Shown piece by piece: positions 18,671 to 26,927 of a DNA stretch of 32,000 nt. The notes under the pieces were generated by a model. That model saw only the letters and a list, made by a program, of their open reading frames with translations. It did no database searches and was not told the origin of the DNA. Position numbers and translations under genes: made by a program. Position 1 is the stretch's first letter. Each line of letters starts with the position of its first letter. The DNA is taken from contig NZ_LT906458.1 in assembly GCF_900187275.1 (NCBI RefSeq), positions 1 to 32,000 of the forward strand, in the 5' to 3' direction. Source of the stretch: Pasteurella multocida. Its GTDB lineage: Bacteria; Pseudomonadota; Gammaproteobacteria; Enterobacterales; Pasteurellaceae.

Positions 18671-19480
18671 GTGGCAAGACGAAATTATGCCGGTCGTGGC
18701 AGTAGAAAGAAAAAGAAAGGAACAAGCAAAATGGTATTATTACTGTTAGTTGGGGTAATCATTGCCGTTTTCCTATCTGTGTTGATGTTGATGAAAGAGA
18801 AAACGCCAAAGGAAATTGTGGCGTTTCCTAAAAGTGAAAATCAATCAACGAAAAGTGTACTACCAAATCGTCCAGAAGAAGTTTGGAGTTATATTCAAGC
18901 ATTAGAAACGCGTACTGTACCTGTTACAGATGATCCAAAAATCTTAGATAAGAATATGCGTTTGACAGAAGAACAACGAAAAATTTTATTGGCGATGGAA
19001 CAAGAACAAAAAGCAACAGAACAGGCGCGTTTAAAACAACAAGAAGAACAGCGTAAAATAGAAGAGAGTAAAAAAGAAGAGAGTAAAAAAGACAATAGCG
19101 CAACGCTGATAAAAACAAACGAAACCCAAAATGGGCAAGCTAAGGCAGTCAATAAACCACAGACTACACCTGCTGTGATTGAAGTGAAAAAGGGAGAGCC
19201 GGTGAAAGAGGTGGTTAAAGTGGAACCGCCTAAAAAAGTCGAGGTTATCAATGCGACACCGAGTGAGAAAAAATATGGCTTACAATGTGGTGCATTTAAA
19301 AACAAAACGCAAGCAGAAAACTTGCAAGCGCGTTTAGCAATGTTAGGGCTCAATGCAAGGGTCAATTCTAATCAAGAATGGAATCGAGTAGTAATCGGAC
19401 CGGTAGGTGATCGCGCCTCAACCTTGAAAGCTCAAGAAAAAGCGAAAGCAATCGCACAGTGTGTGGTGATTGGTATGTAA
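18671..19480 (+). CDS. ftsN: SPOR-domain cell division protein (FtsN-like)
   Basis: Basic N-terminus ARRNYAGRGSRKKKKG, one TM helix, a K/E/Q-rich linker, and a C-terminal SPOR domain (YGLQCGAFKNKTQAENLQARLAMLGLNARV). GTG at 18671 is preferred over the track ATG at 18647 because of the predicted promoter and AGGAATAGG upstream. Adjacent to priA, as ftsN is near priA in E. coli. Confidence 0.75.
   Translation: MARRNYAGRGSRKKKKGTSKMVLLLLVGVIIAVFLSVLMLMKEKTPKEIVAFPKSENQSTKSVLPNRPEEVWSYIQALETRTVPVTDDPKILDKNMRLTEEQRKILLAMEQEQKATEQARLKQQEEQRKIEESKKEESKKDNSATLIKTNETQNGQAKAVNKPQTTPAVIEVKKGEPVKEVVKVEPPKKVEVINATPSEKKYGLQCGAFKNKTQAENLQARLAMLGLNARVNSNQEWNRVVIGPVGDRASTLKAQEKAKAIAQCVVIGM
19061..19090 (+). 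repeat. perfect 15-bp tandem duplication (GAAGAGAGTAAAAAA x2) encoding EESKK-EESKK
   Basis: Read directly. In frame, within the low-complexity linker of the FtsN-like protein. Confidence 0.9.
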
Positions 19481-19493
19481 ATGTGGTGTATGT

Positions 19494-19524
19494 AAAAAAA
19501 CGTGGGAGAATCCCACGTTTTTTT
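19494..19524 (+). terminator. rho-independent terminator after ftsN-like gene
   Basis: A-run, stem ACGTGGGA / TCCCACGT, loop GAA, then a run of 7 T. Confidence 0.8.
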
Positions 19525-19534
19525 GTTTTTACAC

Positions 19535-19562
19535 TTGCTTAAATATTAAAAAGTCTTAAAAT
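19535..19562 (+). promoter_or_regulatory. candidate promoter of the TetR-efflux operon
   Basis: TTGCTT (19535-19540), 16-nt spacer, TAAAAT (19557-19562). Confidence 0.45.
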
Positions 19563-19601
19563 GAACGATCGTTCATTTCAGAAATACAGATCTGTTTCTG
19601 A
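19559..19601. promoter_or_regulatory. putative TetR operator: perfect 20-bp palindrome plus adjacent imperfect 24-bp palindrome
   Basis: AAATGAACGATCGTTCATTT (19559-19578) is its own reverse complement and overlaps the -10. TCAGAAA-TA-CAGATCTG-TTTCTGA (19578-19601) follows it. Confidence 0.5.
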
Positions 19602-19632
19602 CTTTTTATTTCATTCATTTAGTGAACTTATT

Positions 19633-20196
19633 ATGCGTCAATCTGATATAGACATGACTGAGCATATTTTTATAGCAATCGATCACCTGATGGCGAAAGA
19701 AGGGTTACATAATCTTTCTATGCATAAAATTGCAAAGGCTGCCAAAATTTCACCAGGGACCATTTATATTTATTTTAAGTGTAAAGAGGAACTGCTAGAA
19801 CAATTTGCTCAGCAAGTATTCGCACGTTTTCAGCGTGCATTAGAAAAGAATCATGACGACCGTCAGCCATTCTTTGAACAATACCGCCAAATGTGGTGGA
19901 ACATTTGGCATTTTTTGTTGGAAAACCCAAATATTTTGTTAAATATGCACCAATATCAATCCCTACCTGGGTTTGATAAGGTGATTAAATCGTGGGATCG
20001 TAGCCACTGGACATTGTTTTGCGAAAGAGCACAGCAAGCCGGTGAGGTATGTGATTTACCCACCAATATTCTTTTTGCACTTGGACTAGAAAGTGCAATA
20101 AAAATTGCTTGGAAACAAATTTATTTTAAAGAAACGTTCTCTGTTGAGTTGCTGGAATCTGTGATTCAACGGACATGGTGTGCTATTCAAAAATAA
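19633..20196 (+). CDS. TetR/AcrR family transcriptional regulator
   Basis: 187 aa from the ATG at 19633. HTH motif LSMHKIAKAAKISPGTIYIYFKCKEELL lies at the usual distance from the N-terminus. The ORF-track start at 19561 falls inside the promoter/operator palindrome. Confidence 0.88.
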   Translation: MRQSDIDMTEHIFIAIDHLMAKEGLHNLSMHKIAKAAKISPGTIYIYFKCKEELLEQFAQQVFARFQRALEKNHDDRQPFFEQYRQMWWNIWHFLLENPNILLNMHQYQSLPGFDKVIKSWDRSHWTLFCERAQQAGEVCDLPTNILFALGLESAIKIAWKQIYFKETFSVELLESVIQRTWCAIQK

Positions 20197-20225
20197 TTTA
20201 TCTTTTAATTTTACGGAGTTTTTGT

Positions 20226-21437
20226 ATGAGTGTGACTCAAGCAAATCAACCAAAACGATCTCATTCGATTGCCATGAAAATCATTCTCGGCGTTATTGTC
20301 TTACTTTTTGCTGGGGTCATTATTTTTAATGTGATCAAAGGCAAAATGATTGAAAAATTTATTGCGGGTGCTGGGGAAAAAATTTATCCCGTAACTGCAA
20401 TGACTATTCAGCCTCAGCAATGGACACCCGTGATTGAAACTACTGGCATTGTGCGTCCTAATCAGGGTGCGATGTTAAGTGCACAAACATCAGGTACTGT
20501 ACAGCAAGTCTTAGTTCAATCTGGACAGCACGTGAAGAAAGGCGAGGTGTTAGTGGTATTAGACAGTTCAGTAGAACTAGCGAATCTGAAAGCATCCCAA
20601 GCTCAACTTTTATCTGTGAAGGCTACATACCAACGTTATTTAAGTTTGTATAAAACCAAGAGCGTGTCGCAACAAGAACTTGATAATGCAAAATCTGCCT
20701 ATGAAGCATTAGAGTCAAATATCGCTGCTTTAAAAGCGGGCATTGCACGTCGTCAGATTTTGGCGCCTTTTGATGGACAAACCGGTATTGTGAAAGTCAA
20801 CGTCGGGCAATATGTCAATCCAGGAATGGAAATTGTGCGTGTTGAAGACACCAGTAGTATGAAAATTGATTTCGCCCTTTCACAAACGGAATTGGAACAC
20901 TTACATGTTGGACAAAAAGTGACAGCGACTGCCGATGCGCGTAGTGGTGAAACCTTTGCGGCAAAGATTACTGCCATTGAACCTGCGATCAGCGCAACAA
21001 CAGGGTTAATTGATGTACAAGCCACCTTTGAACCAGAAGATGGACGTAAACTCCTTTCTGGTATGTTTACTCGCTTACGGGTTGCTTTGCCGACAAAATA
21101 TGATCAAGTCGTTGTGCCACAAGTCGCGATTAATTACAACATGTATGGGGAAATTGCTTATATTCTTAGCGAACTTTCTGCAGAAGAGCGTGAAACATTA
21201 GTCGCACGACAGGATTTCGACCGCGAAAAAATTGACAATGCCTATCGGGTTAAACAAGTCACTGTATTTACCCAAGATCGCCAAGGGATTTATGCCCAGT
21301 TAAAAGGGGAAGAAATTAAACCCGGTGATAAAATTGTAACCGGTGGACAACAAAATTTAAGTAATGGCAGTTTAGTACTCGTCGCTGATAAAGCCGGGGT
21401 GGGAACCATGCAACCTGCTGTAAAAAATAACCTATAA
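20226..21437 (+). CDS. efflux RND transporter periplasmic adaptor (membrane fusion protein, HlyD/AcrA family)
   Basis: 403 aa from the ATG at 20226, 7 nt after GGAG. N-terminal TM anchor with no lipobox Cys. Lipoyl/beta-barrel motifs (GTVQQVLVQSGQHVKKGEVLVVLD; ILAPFDGQTGIVKVNVGQYV). Confidence 0.9.
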   Translation: MSVTQANQPKRSHSIAMKIILGVIVLLFAGVIIFNVIKGKMIEKFIAGAGEKIYPVTAMTIQPQQWTPVIETTGIVRPNQGAMLSAQTSGTVQQVLVQSGQHVKKGEVLVVLDSSVELANLKASQAQLLSVKATYQRYLSLYKTKSVSQQELDNAKSAYEALESNIAALKAGIARRQILAPFDGQTGIVKVNVGQYVNPGMEIVRVEDTSSMKIDFALSQTELEHLHVGQKVTATADARSGETFAAKITAIEPAISATTGLIDVQATFEPEDGRKLLSGMFTRLRVALPTKYDQVVVPQVAINYNMYGEIAYILSELSAEERETLVARQDFDREKIDNAYRVKQVTVFTQDRQGIYAQLKGEEIKPGDKIVTGGQQNLSNGSLVLVADKAGVGTMQPAVKNNL

Positions 21438-21445
21438 AGTGCGGT
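21437..21445 (+). repeat. Hin-type USS core AAGTGCGGT
   Basis: Exact 9-mer overlapping the MFP stop codon, in the intergenic spacer. Confidence 0.85.
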
Positions 21446-21464
21446 TCCAAAGAGGAAAAATTTG

Positions 21465-21908
21465 ATGAACTACGCCTTATTATTAAAACAACTTGAACAA
21501 ATTCTAGAACCTGAAACCTATATCATTTCAAGAATGGCAAATACGTCTGCTTTTTTGTATCAGCACATGCCGGAATTAAACTGGGTCGGATTTTATCTTG
21601 TCAAAGACGGGGTACTCAAAGTCGGTCCCTTCCAAGGTAAAGTTGCCTGTTCTGATATTGGCTTTGGTAAAGGAGTATGTGGTTATACTTGGCAAACGGG
21701 CACAACGACCGTCGTAGATGATGTACATCAATTTGCGGGGCATATTGCTTGTGATAGCGCATCACAATCAGAAGTTGTAGTACCGATTTTTCAAGGGGGA
21801 GAGATGATTGCTGAATTGGATGTCGACTCACCTCGTTTAGCCCGTTTTTCCGCAGAAGATGTAGCCTTTTTAGAAAACTGTGCGGCACTTATCTGTATTA
21901 AGGAATAG
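21465..21908 (+). CDS. msrC: GAF-domain free methionine-(R)-sulfoxide reductase (YebR/MsrC family)
   Basis: 147 aa. Aligns with recalled E. coli YebR (ANTSA.LY...NW.GFYL...GPFQGK.AC....G.GVCG...DVH.F.GHIACD.AS.SE.V.P). Its three Cys residues (62, 72, 96) have the same 10/24 spacing as E. coli Cys84/94/118. Confidence 0.85.
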   Translation: MNYALLLKQLEQILEPETYIISRMANTSAFLYQHMPELNWVGFYLVKDGVLKVGPFQGKVACSDIGFGKGVCGYTWQTGTTTVVDDVHQFAGHIACDSASQSEVVVPIFQGGEMIAELDVDSPRLARFSAEDVAFLENCAALICIKE

Positions 21909-21917
21909 GAAATTACC

Positions 21918-24900
21918 ATGCGATTTACCGATATTTTTATTCGACGCCCTGTTTTAGCGGTTTCTATTAGCTTGCTGATTATTATTTTAGGATTACAAGC
22001 GATTGCGAAGTTAGCGGTGCGCGAATATCCCAAAATGACTACAACGGTGATTAATGTTTCTACGGTGTACCCAGGGGCAGATGCAAGTCTTATCCAAGCG
22101 TTTATTACTTCAAAACTAGAAGAAGCTGTTGCACAAGCCGATAACATTGATTACTTATCTTCAAAAAGTAGCCCAAATAACTCGTTAATTACAATTAAAA
22201 TGAAGCTAAATACCGAACCGAACGGGGCTTTAGCAGACGTGTTAGCGAAAGTGAACTCTGTACGTTCGCAATTACCACGTGGGATTGATGATCCGGTCAT
22301 TACGTCTTCGACGGGGGGAACGGGGATGATGTACATTCAGTTTAGCTCCACTAAACTGGATGCCAGTCAGGTAACAGACTACATTGAACGTGTGATTAAA
22401 CCACAATTCTTTACGGTTGAAGGGGTGGCGGAAGTACAAATCTTTGGGGCATCGGATTATGCGCTACGGATTTGGTTAGATCCTGCCAAAATGGCCGCAC
22501 AGAATTTATCCGCGATGGCAGTCAGAAATGCGTTATCTTCGAATAATGTGCAAACGGCGGCGGGGAATGACAATGGTTTTTATGTCACCTATAAAAATAA
22601 AGTGGAGACAACCACCAAATCAGTGGAAGAGCTGGGGAATCTGATTATTTCCTCACAAGGCGATAAGTTAGTGCGTTTACGTGATATCGCTGACGTAGAA
22701 TTAAATAAATCGAGTGATAGCTCAAGAGCGGTTGCTAATGGTTTTGAATCTGTGGTGTTAGCAATCAATCCAACCTCTTCAGCCAACCCACTCGTTGTAG
22801 CAGAAAATGTGCGTCCATTGTATGAGCAAATTAAGCAAAATTTGCCAGATAGCATGCAGGCAGAAATTCTTTATGACACCACGATAGCAATTAATAGCTC
22901 AATTGATGAAGTGATCAAAACCATTTTAGAGGCGACAATCATTGTTTTAGTGGTGATCACATTATTTATTGGTTCATTGCGTGCAATTCTCATTCCGGTG
23001 ATTACGATTCCGATTTCTTTGATCGGCGTAATCATGCTGTTACAGGCGTTTGATTTCTCCATTAATTTAATGACTTTACTTGCCTTAATTTTGGCGATCG
23101 GACTTGTTGTGGATGACGCCATCGTGGTGCTTGAGAACGTGGATCGTCACATTAAATTAGGCGAAACACCTTTCCGTGCTGCCATTATTGGTACACGTGA
23201 AATCGCCGTGCCCGTGATTTCGATGACCATTGCCCTCATGGCAGTTTACTCGCCAATGGCATTAATGGATGGCATTACAGGTTCTTTGTTTAAAGAGTTC
23301 GCCTTAACCTTGGCTGGTGCGGTATTTATTTCTGGGATCGTGGCGTTAACCCTTTCACCGATGATGAGCAGTAAGTTGCTTAAACCGCATACTGACCCAA
23401 GTAAGTTGGAACAATGCATCGAAAAAATGCTCACCACCATTAATCAGGGCTATAACTATGCTTTAAATCTGGTGATGGCAAGCCGTCGTTGTATGCTGGC
23501 TTTTGCAGCGGTTATTTTTGCTACGCTGCCTTTCTTGTTTAATGGGTTAGCGAGTGAGTTAACCCCAGCAGAAGATAAAGGGGCATTCATGGTGATTGGT
23601 CGTGCACCGTCCAATGTCAATGTGGATTATGTACAAGAAGCAATGCATGAGTATGAACAGATTTTGAAAGACACACCGGAAGTGGATTTTTCCATGGTGA
23701 TTTCAGGGGCAATGGGGAGTAACCAATCCTTTAGTGTGGTGACATTAAAAGATTGGAAAGAACGTACCCGTAGCCAAGCGGAAATCTTAGCGGAGTTAAA
23801 TAAAAAATCGGCGCATATTCCAGAAGTGGCGTTGACGGGATTTAACTTCCCAGAAATCAACACGGGAGAGCAAGGTCCACCAATTGGTTTTGTGATCAGT
23901 ACTGCGAGTGGCTATGAAGATTTAGCCAATGTGGCAGAAAACTTCCTACAAGAAATGAAAAAATCCGGTCACTTTGTTTATACCGCGTTGGATTTAAAAT
24001 TTGATACGGCGCAGATGCGGATTAAAGTCGATAAAGAAAAAGCAGGTACCTATGGTGTCACAATGCAACAAATCAGTGCCACATTAGGGAGTTTCTTGTC
24101 TGCCGCCACGATTGAACGAGTTGATATTGATGGACGTGCTTATCGAATCATCATGCAAGTTAAACGGGGTGAACGTTTGTCACCAGAAAGTTTAAACAAC
24201 TATTATGTGACGGCAAGTAACGGGAAATCAGTACCATTAAGCAGTTTCTTAACCATGACGTTAGAATCACAGCCAACTTCTTTACCTCGTTTTAGCCAGC
24301 TTAATTCAGCGGTCATTAGTGCAGTTCCTCTCCCAACCAAAAGTACAGGTGAGGCGATTGCGTGGTTAAAAATGGCAGCGAAAGAGTATTTACCGCAAGG
24401 CTATAATTATGACTTTACTGGTGAAGCGCGTCAGTTAGTCCAAGAAGGCAATGCATTAGCTGTTACTTTCGTACTTGCTGTGGTGATTATCTTCTTGGTC
24501 TTAGCGATTCAATTTGAGTCAATTCGTGATCCGTTAGTCATTATGATTTCGGTGCCACTTGCCGTGAGTGGGGCGCTATTAATGCTGAATTTCTTAGGCT
24601 TCTTCCGTATTCCTGGAACCAGTCTGAATATTTACTCACAGGTTGGTTTAATCACGCTAGTAGGTTTAATTACTAAGCACGGGATTTTGATGTGTGAAGT
24701 GGCAAAAGAAGAGCAATTACAGCATGGTAAAAATCGTATTGAAGCGATTACTGAAGCAGCGAAAGTGCGTTTACGCCCGATTCTTATGACGACCGCTGCA
24801 ATGATTGCAGGTCTTATCCCGCTCTTGTATGCTTCGGGCGCAGGTGCAGTGTCGCGCTTTAGTATTGGGATTGTGATTGTATCAGGTTTAGCGATTGGGA

Positions 24901-25016
24901 CATTATTTACTCTGTTTGTGTTACCTGTGATTTATAGCTATATTGCAACGGAACATAAACCACTACCGGAATTTGATGAAAGTATAAAACCGTTAACGGA
25001 TAATAGCGCACATTAA
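21918..25016 (+). CDS. RND multidrug efflux transporter permease (HAE1, AcrB/MdtB-like)
   Basis: 1032 aa. N-terminus MRFTDIFIRRPVLAVSISLLI, 12-TM architecture with two large periplasmic loops, and VVDDAIVVLENV motif. Confidence 0.95.
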   Translation: MRFTDIFIRRPVLAVSISLLIIILGLQAIAKLAVREYPKMTTTVINVSTVYPGADASLIQAFITSKLEEAVAQADNIDYLSSKSSPNNSLITIKMKLNTEPNGALADVLAKVNSVRSQLPRGIDDPVITSSTGGTGMMYIQFSSTKLDASQVTDYIERVIKPQFFTVEGVAEVQIFGASDYALRIWLDPAKMAAQNLSAMAVRNALSSNNVQTAAGNDNGFYVTYKNKVETTTKSVEELGNLIISSQGDKLVRLRDIADVELNKSSDSSRAVANGFESVVLAINPTSSANPLVVAENVRPLYEQIKQNLPDSMQAEILYDTTIAINSSIDEVIKTILEATIIVLVVITLFIGSLRAILIPVITIPISLIGVIMLLQAFDFSINLMTLLALILAIGLVVDDAIVVLENVDRHIKLGETPFRAAIIGTREIAVPVISMTIALMAVYSPMALMDGITGSLFKEFALTLAGAVFISGIVALTLSPMMSSKLLKPHTDPSKLEQCIEKMLTTINQGYNYALNLVMASRRCMLAFAAVIFATLPFLFNGLASELTPAEDKGAFMVIGRAPSNVNVDYVQEAMHEYEQILKDTPEVDFSMVISGAMGSNQSFSVVTLKDWKERTRSQAEILAELNKKSAHIPEVALTGFNFPEINTGEQGPPIGFVISTASGYEDLANVAENFLQEMKKSGHFVYTALDLKFDTAQMRIKVDKEKAGTYGVTMQQISATLGSFLSAATIERVDIDGRAYRIIMQVKRGERLSPESLNNYYVTASNGKSVPLSSFLTMTLESQPTSLPRFSQLNSAVISAVPLPTKSTGEAIAWLKMAAKEYLPQGYNYDFTGEARQLVQEGNALAVTFVLAVVIIFLVLAIQFESIRDPLVIMISVPLAVSGALLMLNFLGFFRIPGTSLNIYSQVGLITLVGLITKHGILMCEVAKEEQLQHGKNRIEAITEAAKVRLRPILMTTAAMIAGLIPLLYASGAGAVSRFSIGIVIVSGLAIGTLFTLFVLPVIYSYIATEHKPLPEFDESIKPLTDNSAH

Positions 25017-25025
25017 TTTCAACAT

Positions 25026-25059
25026 AAAAAAATACCGCACAAAAGTGCGGTATTTTTTT
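25026..25059. terminator. bidirectional rho-independent terminator (RND gene / perM) built on a USS
   Basis: A7 run, stem ATACCGCAC (25032-25040) / GTGCGGTAT (25045-25053), loop AAAA, then T7. Confidence 0.8.
25043..25051 (+). repeat. Hin-type USS core AAGTGCGGT
   Basis: Exact 9-mer forming the right arm of the terminator. The left arm is a 7/9 inverted copy. Confidence 0.85.
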
Positions 25060-25074
25060 GCGTGAAAAACAGAA

Positions 25075-26139
25075 TTAACGTGTATCTTGTTCGGTTGATG
25101 GCCATGCATTCACCACAGCTTTGACTAAAGTGGCTAATGGAATAGCGAAGAAAACGCCCCAAAAGCCCCATAATCCACCAAAAATTAATACTGCAATAAT
25201 AATGGTTAGAGGGTGCAAATTGACGGCTTCAGAAAAAAGGAATGGGACTAATAAGTTACCATCTAAAATTTGGCTGATGACGTAGGCAGTAATGATATAC
25301 CAAAAAGTAGGAGTGATGCCAAATTGCGCGACGGCAACGAGGGCAATAGGAATCGTGACAAGGACGGCACCAATATAAGGCACGAGTACGGATAGCCCTA
25401 CCGCAACAGCTAACAATAACGAATAATTTAAGTTAAAGAAGACGAAAATCGCGTAAGTCACGGCGGTGACAATGATGATTTCGAATAATTTACCGCGAAT
25501 ATAATTCGCAATTTGTTGTTGCATTTCTTTCCAAACGCTCGATGCAAGCGTGCGGTTACGCGGAAGGAAACGGCTTACACTGGCGATTAATTCTGTTTTA
25601 TCTTTTAATAAAAAGAACACCATTAAAGGCACTAAAAACGCATAAATCCCTAGGGTGACCAGGCTTAATAACGAGGTCAGGGAGAATTTGAGGGCGGATT
25701 CACCAAAGCCAAGAATTTTGGAGCGGACAGTACTTAATACAGAATCAATGGTTTGGTAATCCACTAGCTCGGGATAATGTTCAGGTAGAGAAAGTAACCA
25801 CTCATTGAGTTTATTAAACATATGTGGCAAATCAGTCACTAAATTCAAGGTTTGAGTCCATAACGTTGGAATGAAGACCAATACGATAACGAGGATCAAC
25901 CCTAAAAAACCACCAAAAATAATGGCAGTTGAGAGTAGGCGTGGAAACTTGAGTTTTTCTGTGAGAACGCGAATTGGCCATTCCAATAAATAAGCTAATA
26001 CAATAGCGATGAGGAGTGGCGCAATGAGGTGACTAAAAAAATAAATGGATATAAAACCAAAGAGTAAGATGGCAAACAACCCCATGGCTTGTGGATCACT
26101 AAAACGGTTGTTATACCAGTTTTTCAACATTTCGATCAT
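25075..26139 (-). CDS. perM: AI-2E family transporter / putative permease PerM
   Basis: 354 aa. Collinear with recalled E. coli PerM ([71 protein letters not shown]). Confidence 0.88.
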   Translation of the reverse strand: MIEMLKNWYNNRFSDPQAMGLFAILLFGFISIYFFSHLIAPLLIAIVLAYLLEWPIRVLTEKLKFPRLLSTAIIFGGFLGLILVIVLVFIPTLWTQTLNLVTDLPHMFNKLNEWLLSLPEHYPELVDYQTIDSVLSTVRSKILGFGESALKFSLTSLLSLVTLGIYAFLVPLMVFFLLKDKTELIASVSRFLPRNRTLASSVWKEMQQQIANYIRGKLFEIIIVTAVTYAIFVFFNLNYSLLLAVAVGLSVLVPYIGAVLVTIPIALVAVAQFGITPTFWYIITAYVISQILDGNLLVPFLFSEAVNLHPLTIIIAVLIFGGLWGFWGVFFAIPLATLVKAVVNAWPSTEQDTR

Positions 26140-26218
26140 AAGATATCCTTAATTTAGGCATTTTGAGCGATTATAAGGTAAAATCTAATAAGATCATATC
26201 ATTAAGCGAGGAAATTCT

Positions 26219-26569
26219 ATGTGCGTGACTATATATCATAACCCACGTTGTTCTAAGAGCCGTGAAACGCTAGCCTTACTCGAAGCGAAATACGGTCAAC
26301 CGAAAATTGAACTTTATTTAGAACAACAATTCTCTGCCTCACAGTTACAGCAAATTGCGCAAAAATTAGGAGTAACCAGTTTCCGAGAGATGATGCGCAC
26401 AAAAGATGAACTCTATCGTGATTTAGGCTTAGATAAGCCGGAAGTCAGCGAACAACAATTGTTGGAAGCATTGGTTGCACATAGTAGTTTGTTGGAGCGT
26501 CCAATCGTCATTCATGGTGACAAAGCAAAAATTGGTCGTCCACCAGAATCTGTACTTGAGATTCTGTAA
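26219..26569 (+). CDS. arsC: ArsC-family reductase (YfgD-type, glutaredoxin-dependent arsenate reductase family)
   Basis: 116 aa. TIYHNPRCSKSRETLALLE and ERPIVIHGDKAKIGRPPESVLEIL match recalled E. coli YfgD more closely than plasmid ArsC. Confidence 0.85.
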   Translation: MCVTIYHNPRCSKSRETLALLEAKYGQPKIELYLEQQFSASQLQQIAQKLGVTSFREMMRTKDELYRDLGLDKPEVSEQQLLEALVAHSSLLERPIVIHGDKAKIGRPPESVLEIL

Positions 26570-26583
26570 TTTCGTTTTATAAT
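26556..26583 (+). promoter_or_regulatory. candidate promoter for arfA overlapping the arsC stop
   Basis: TTGAGA (26556-26561), 16-nt spacer, TATAAT (26578-26583). Confidence 0.35.
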
Positions 26584-26586
26584 GAC

Positions 26587-26620
26587 GCCCGTTTGTTTCA
26601 CACAAATGGGCAATTTTTTA
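26587..26620 (+). terminator. putative terminator after arsC
   Basis: Stem GCCCGTTTGT (26587-26596) / ACAAATGGGC (26602-26611) with one G-U pair, loop TTCAC, then AATTTTTTA. Confidence 0.5.
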
Positions 26621-26641
26621 TCACAACTTATGAGGAAAAAT

Positions 26642-26923
26642 ATGGCTAAAAAGCAAAAACAGTCACTCAGTGCACAGCCTTATCAGCACAGTCGTGGTGT
26701 CATTCGCGATAATGCAATTTGTGCATTATTACATGATCCGTTGTTTCGTCAACGTATTGAGAAAAAAAGGAAAGGAAAAGGCAGTTATCAACGCAAAGCC
26801 AAGCATGTAGGGAAATATTTTGAAAAGCCCGATTATAAGATTTTTGATTTGAAAGATTTTATAATCGGGTTTTTCTTAACGATATTTTACAACAATGCAA
26901 CTCATTTAAACTCAGCGAGGTAA
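26642..26923 (+). CDS. arfA: alternative ribosome-rescue factor ArfA (full-length reading frame; the functional product is probably truncated)
   Basis: From the ATG at 26642, 5 nt after GAGGA: [55 protein letters not shown]. This matches recalled E. coli ArfA ([39 protein letters not shown]). Hydrophobic C-terminal tail. The ORF-track start at 26582 crosses the arsC terminator. Confidence 0.8.
   Translation: MAKKQKQSLSAQPYQHSRGVIRDNAICALLHDPLFRQRIEKKRKGKGSYQRKAKHVGKYFEKPDYKIFDLKDFIIGFFLTIFYNNATHLNSAR
26823..26874 (+). promoter_or_regulatory. intragenic hairpin plus T-run inside arfA (RNase III target and/or intrinsic terminator giving a non-stop mRNA)
   Basis: Perfect 11-bp stem CCCGATTATAA (26828-26838) / TTATAATCGGG (26859-26869), extendable with G-U and A-U pairs, followed by TTTTT (26870-26874). 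Confidence 0.6.
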
Positions 26924-26927
26924 ATTT

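Noticed and set aside
18895-19365. 156-aa and 64-aa minus-strand ORFs antisense to the ftsN-like gene
   Set aside because: They are an artefact of the K/E/Q-rich low-complexity linker. The complement of a GAA/AAA-rich sequence is stop-poor.
19561-19632. 24-codon N-terminal extension of the TetR regulator
   Set aside because: This ATG is part of the perfect 20-bp palindrome and overlaps the predicted -10. The shorter form places the HTH at the usual distance from the N-terminus.
21791-22147. 118-aa minus-strand ORF spanning the msrC/RND junction, plus other short antisense ORFs inside the RND gene
   Set aside because: They overlap two well-supported plus-strand genes and have no independent signals.
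26582-26641. 20-codon N-terminal extension of the arfA ORF
   Set aside because: It crosses the arsC terminator hairpin. A GAGGA SD sits directly before the ATG at 26642, and ArfA homology begins only after that Met.
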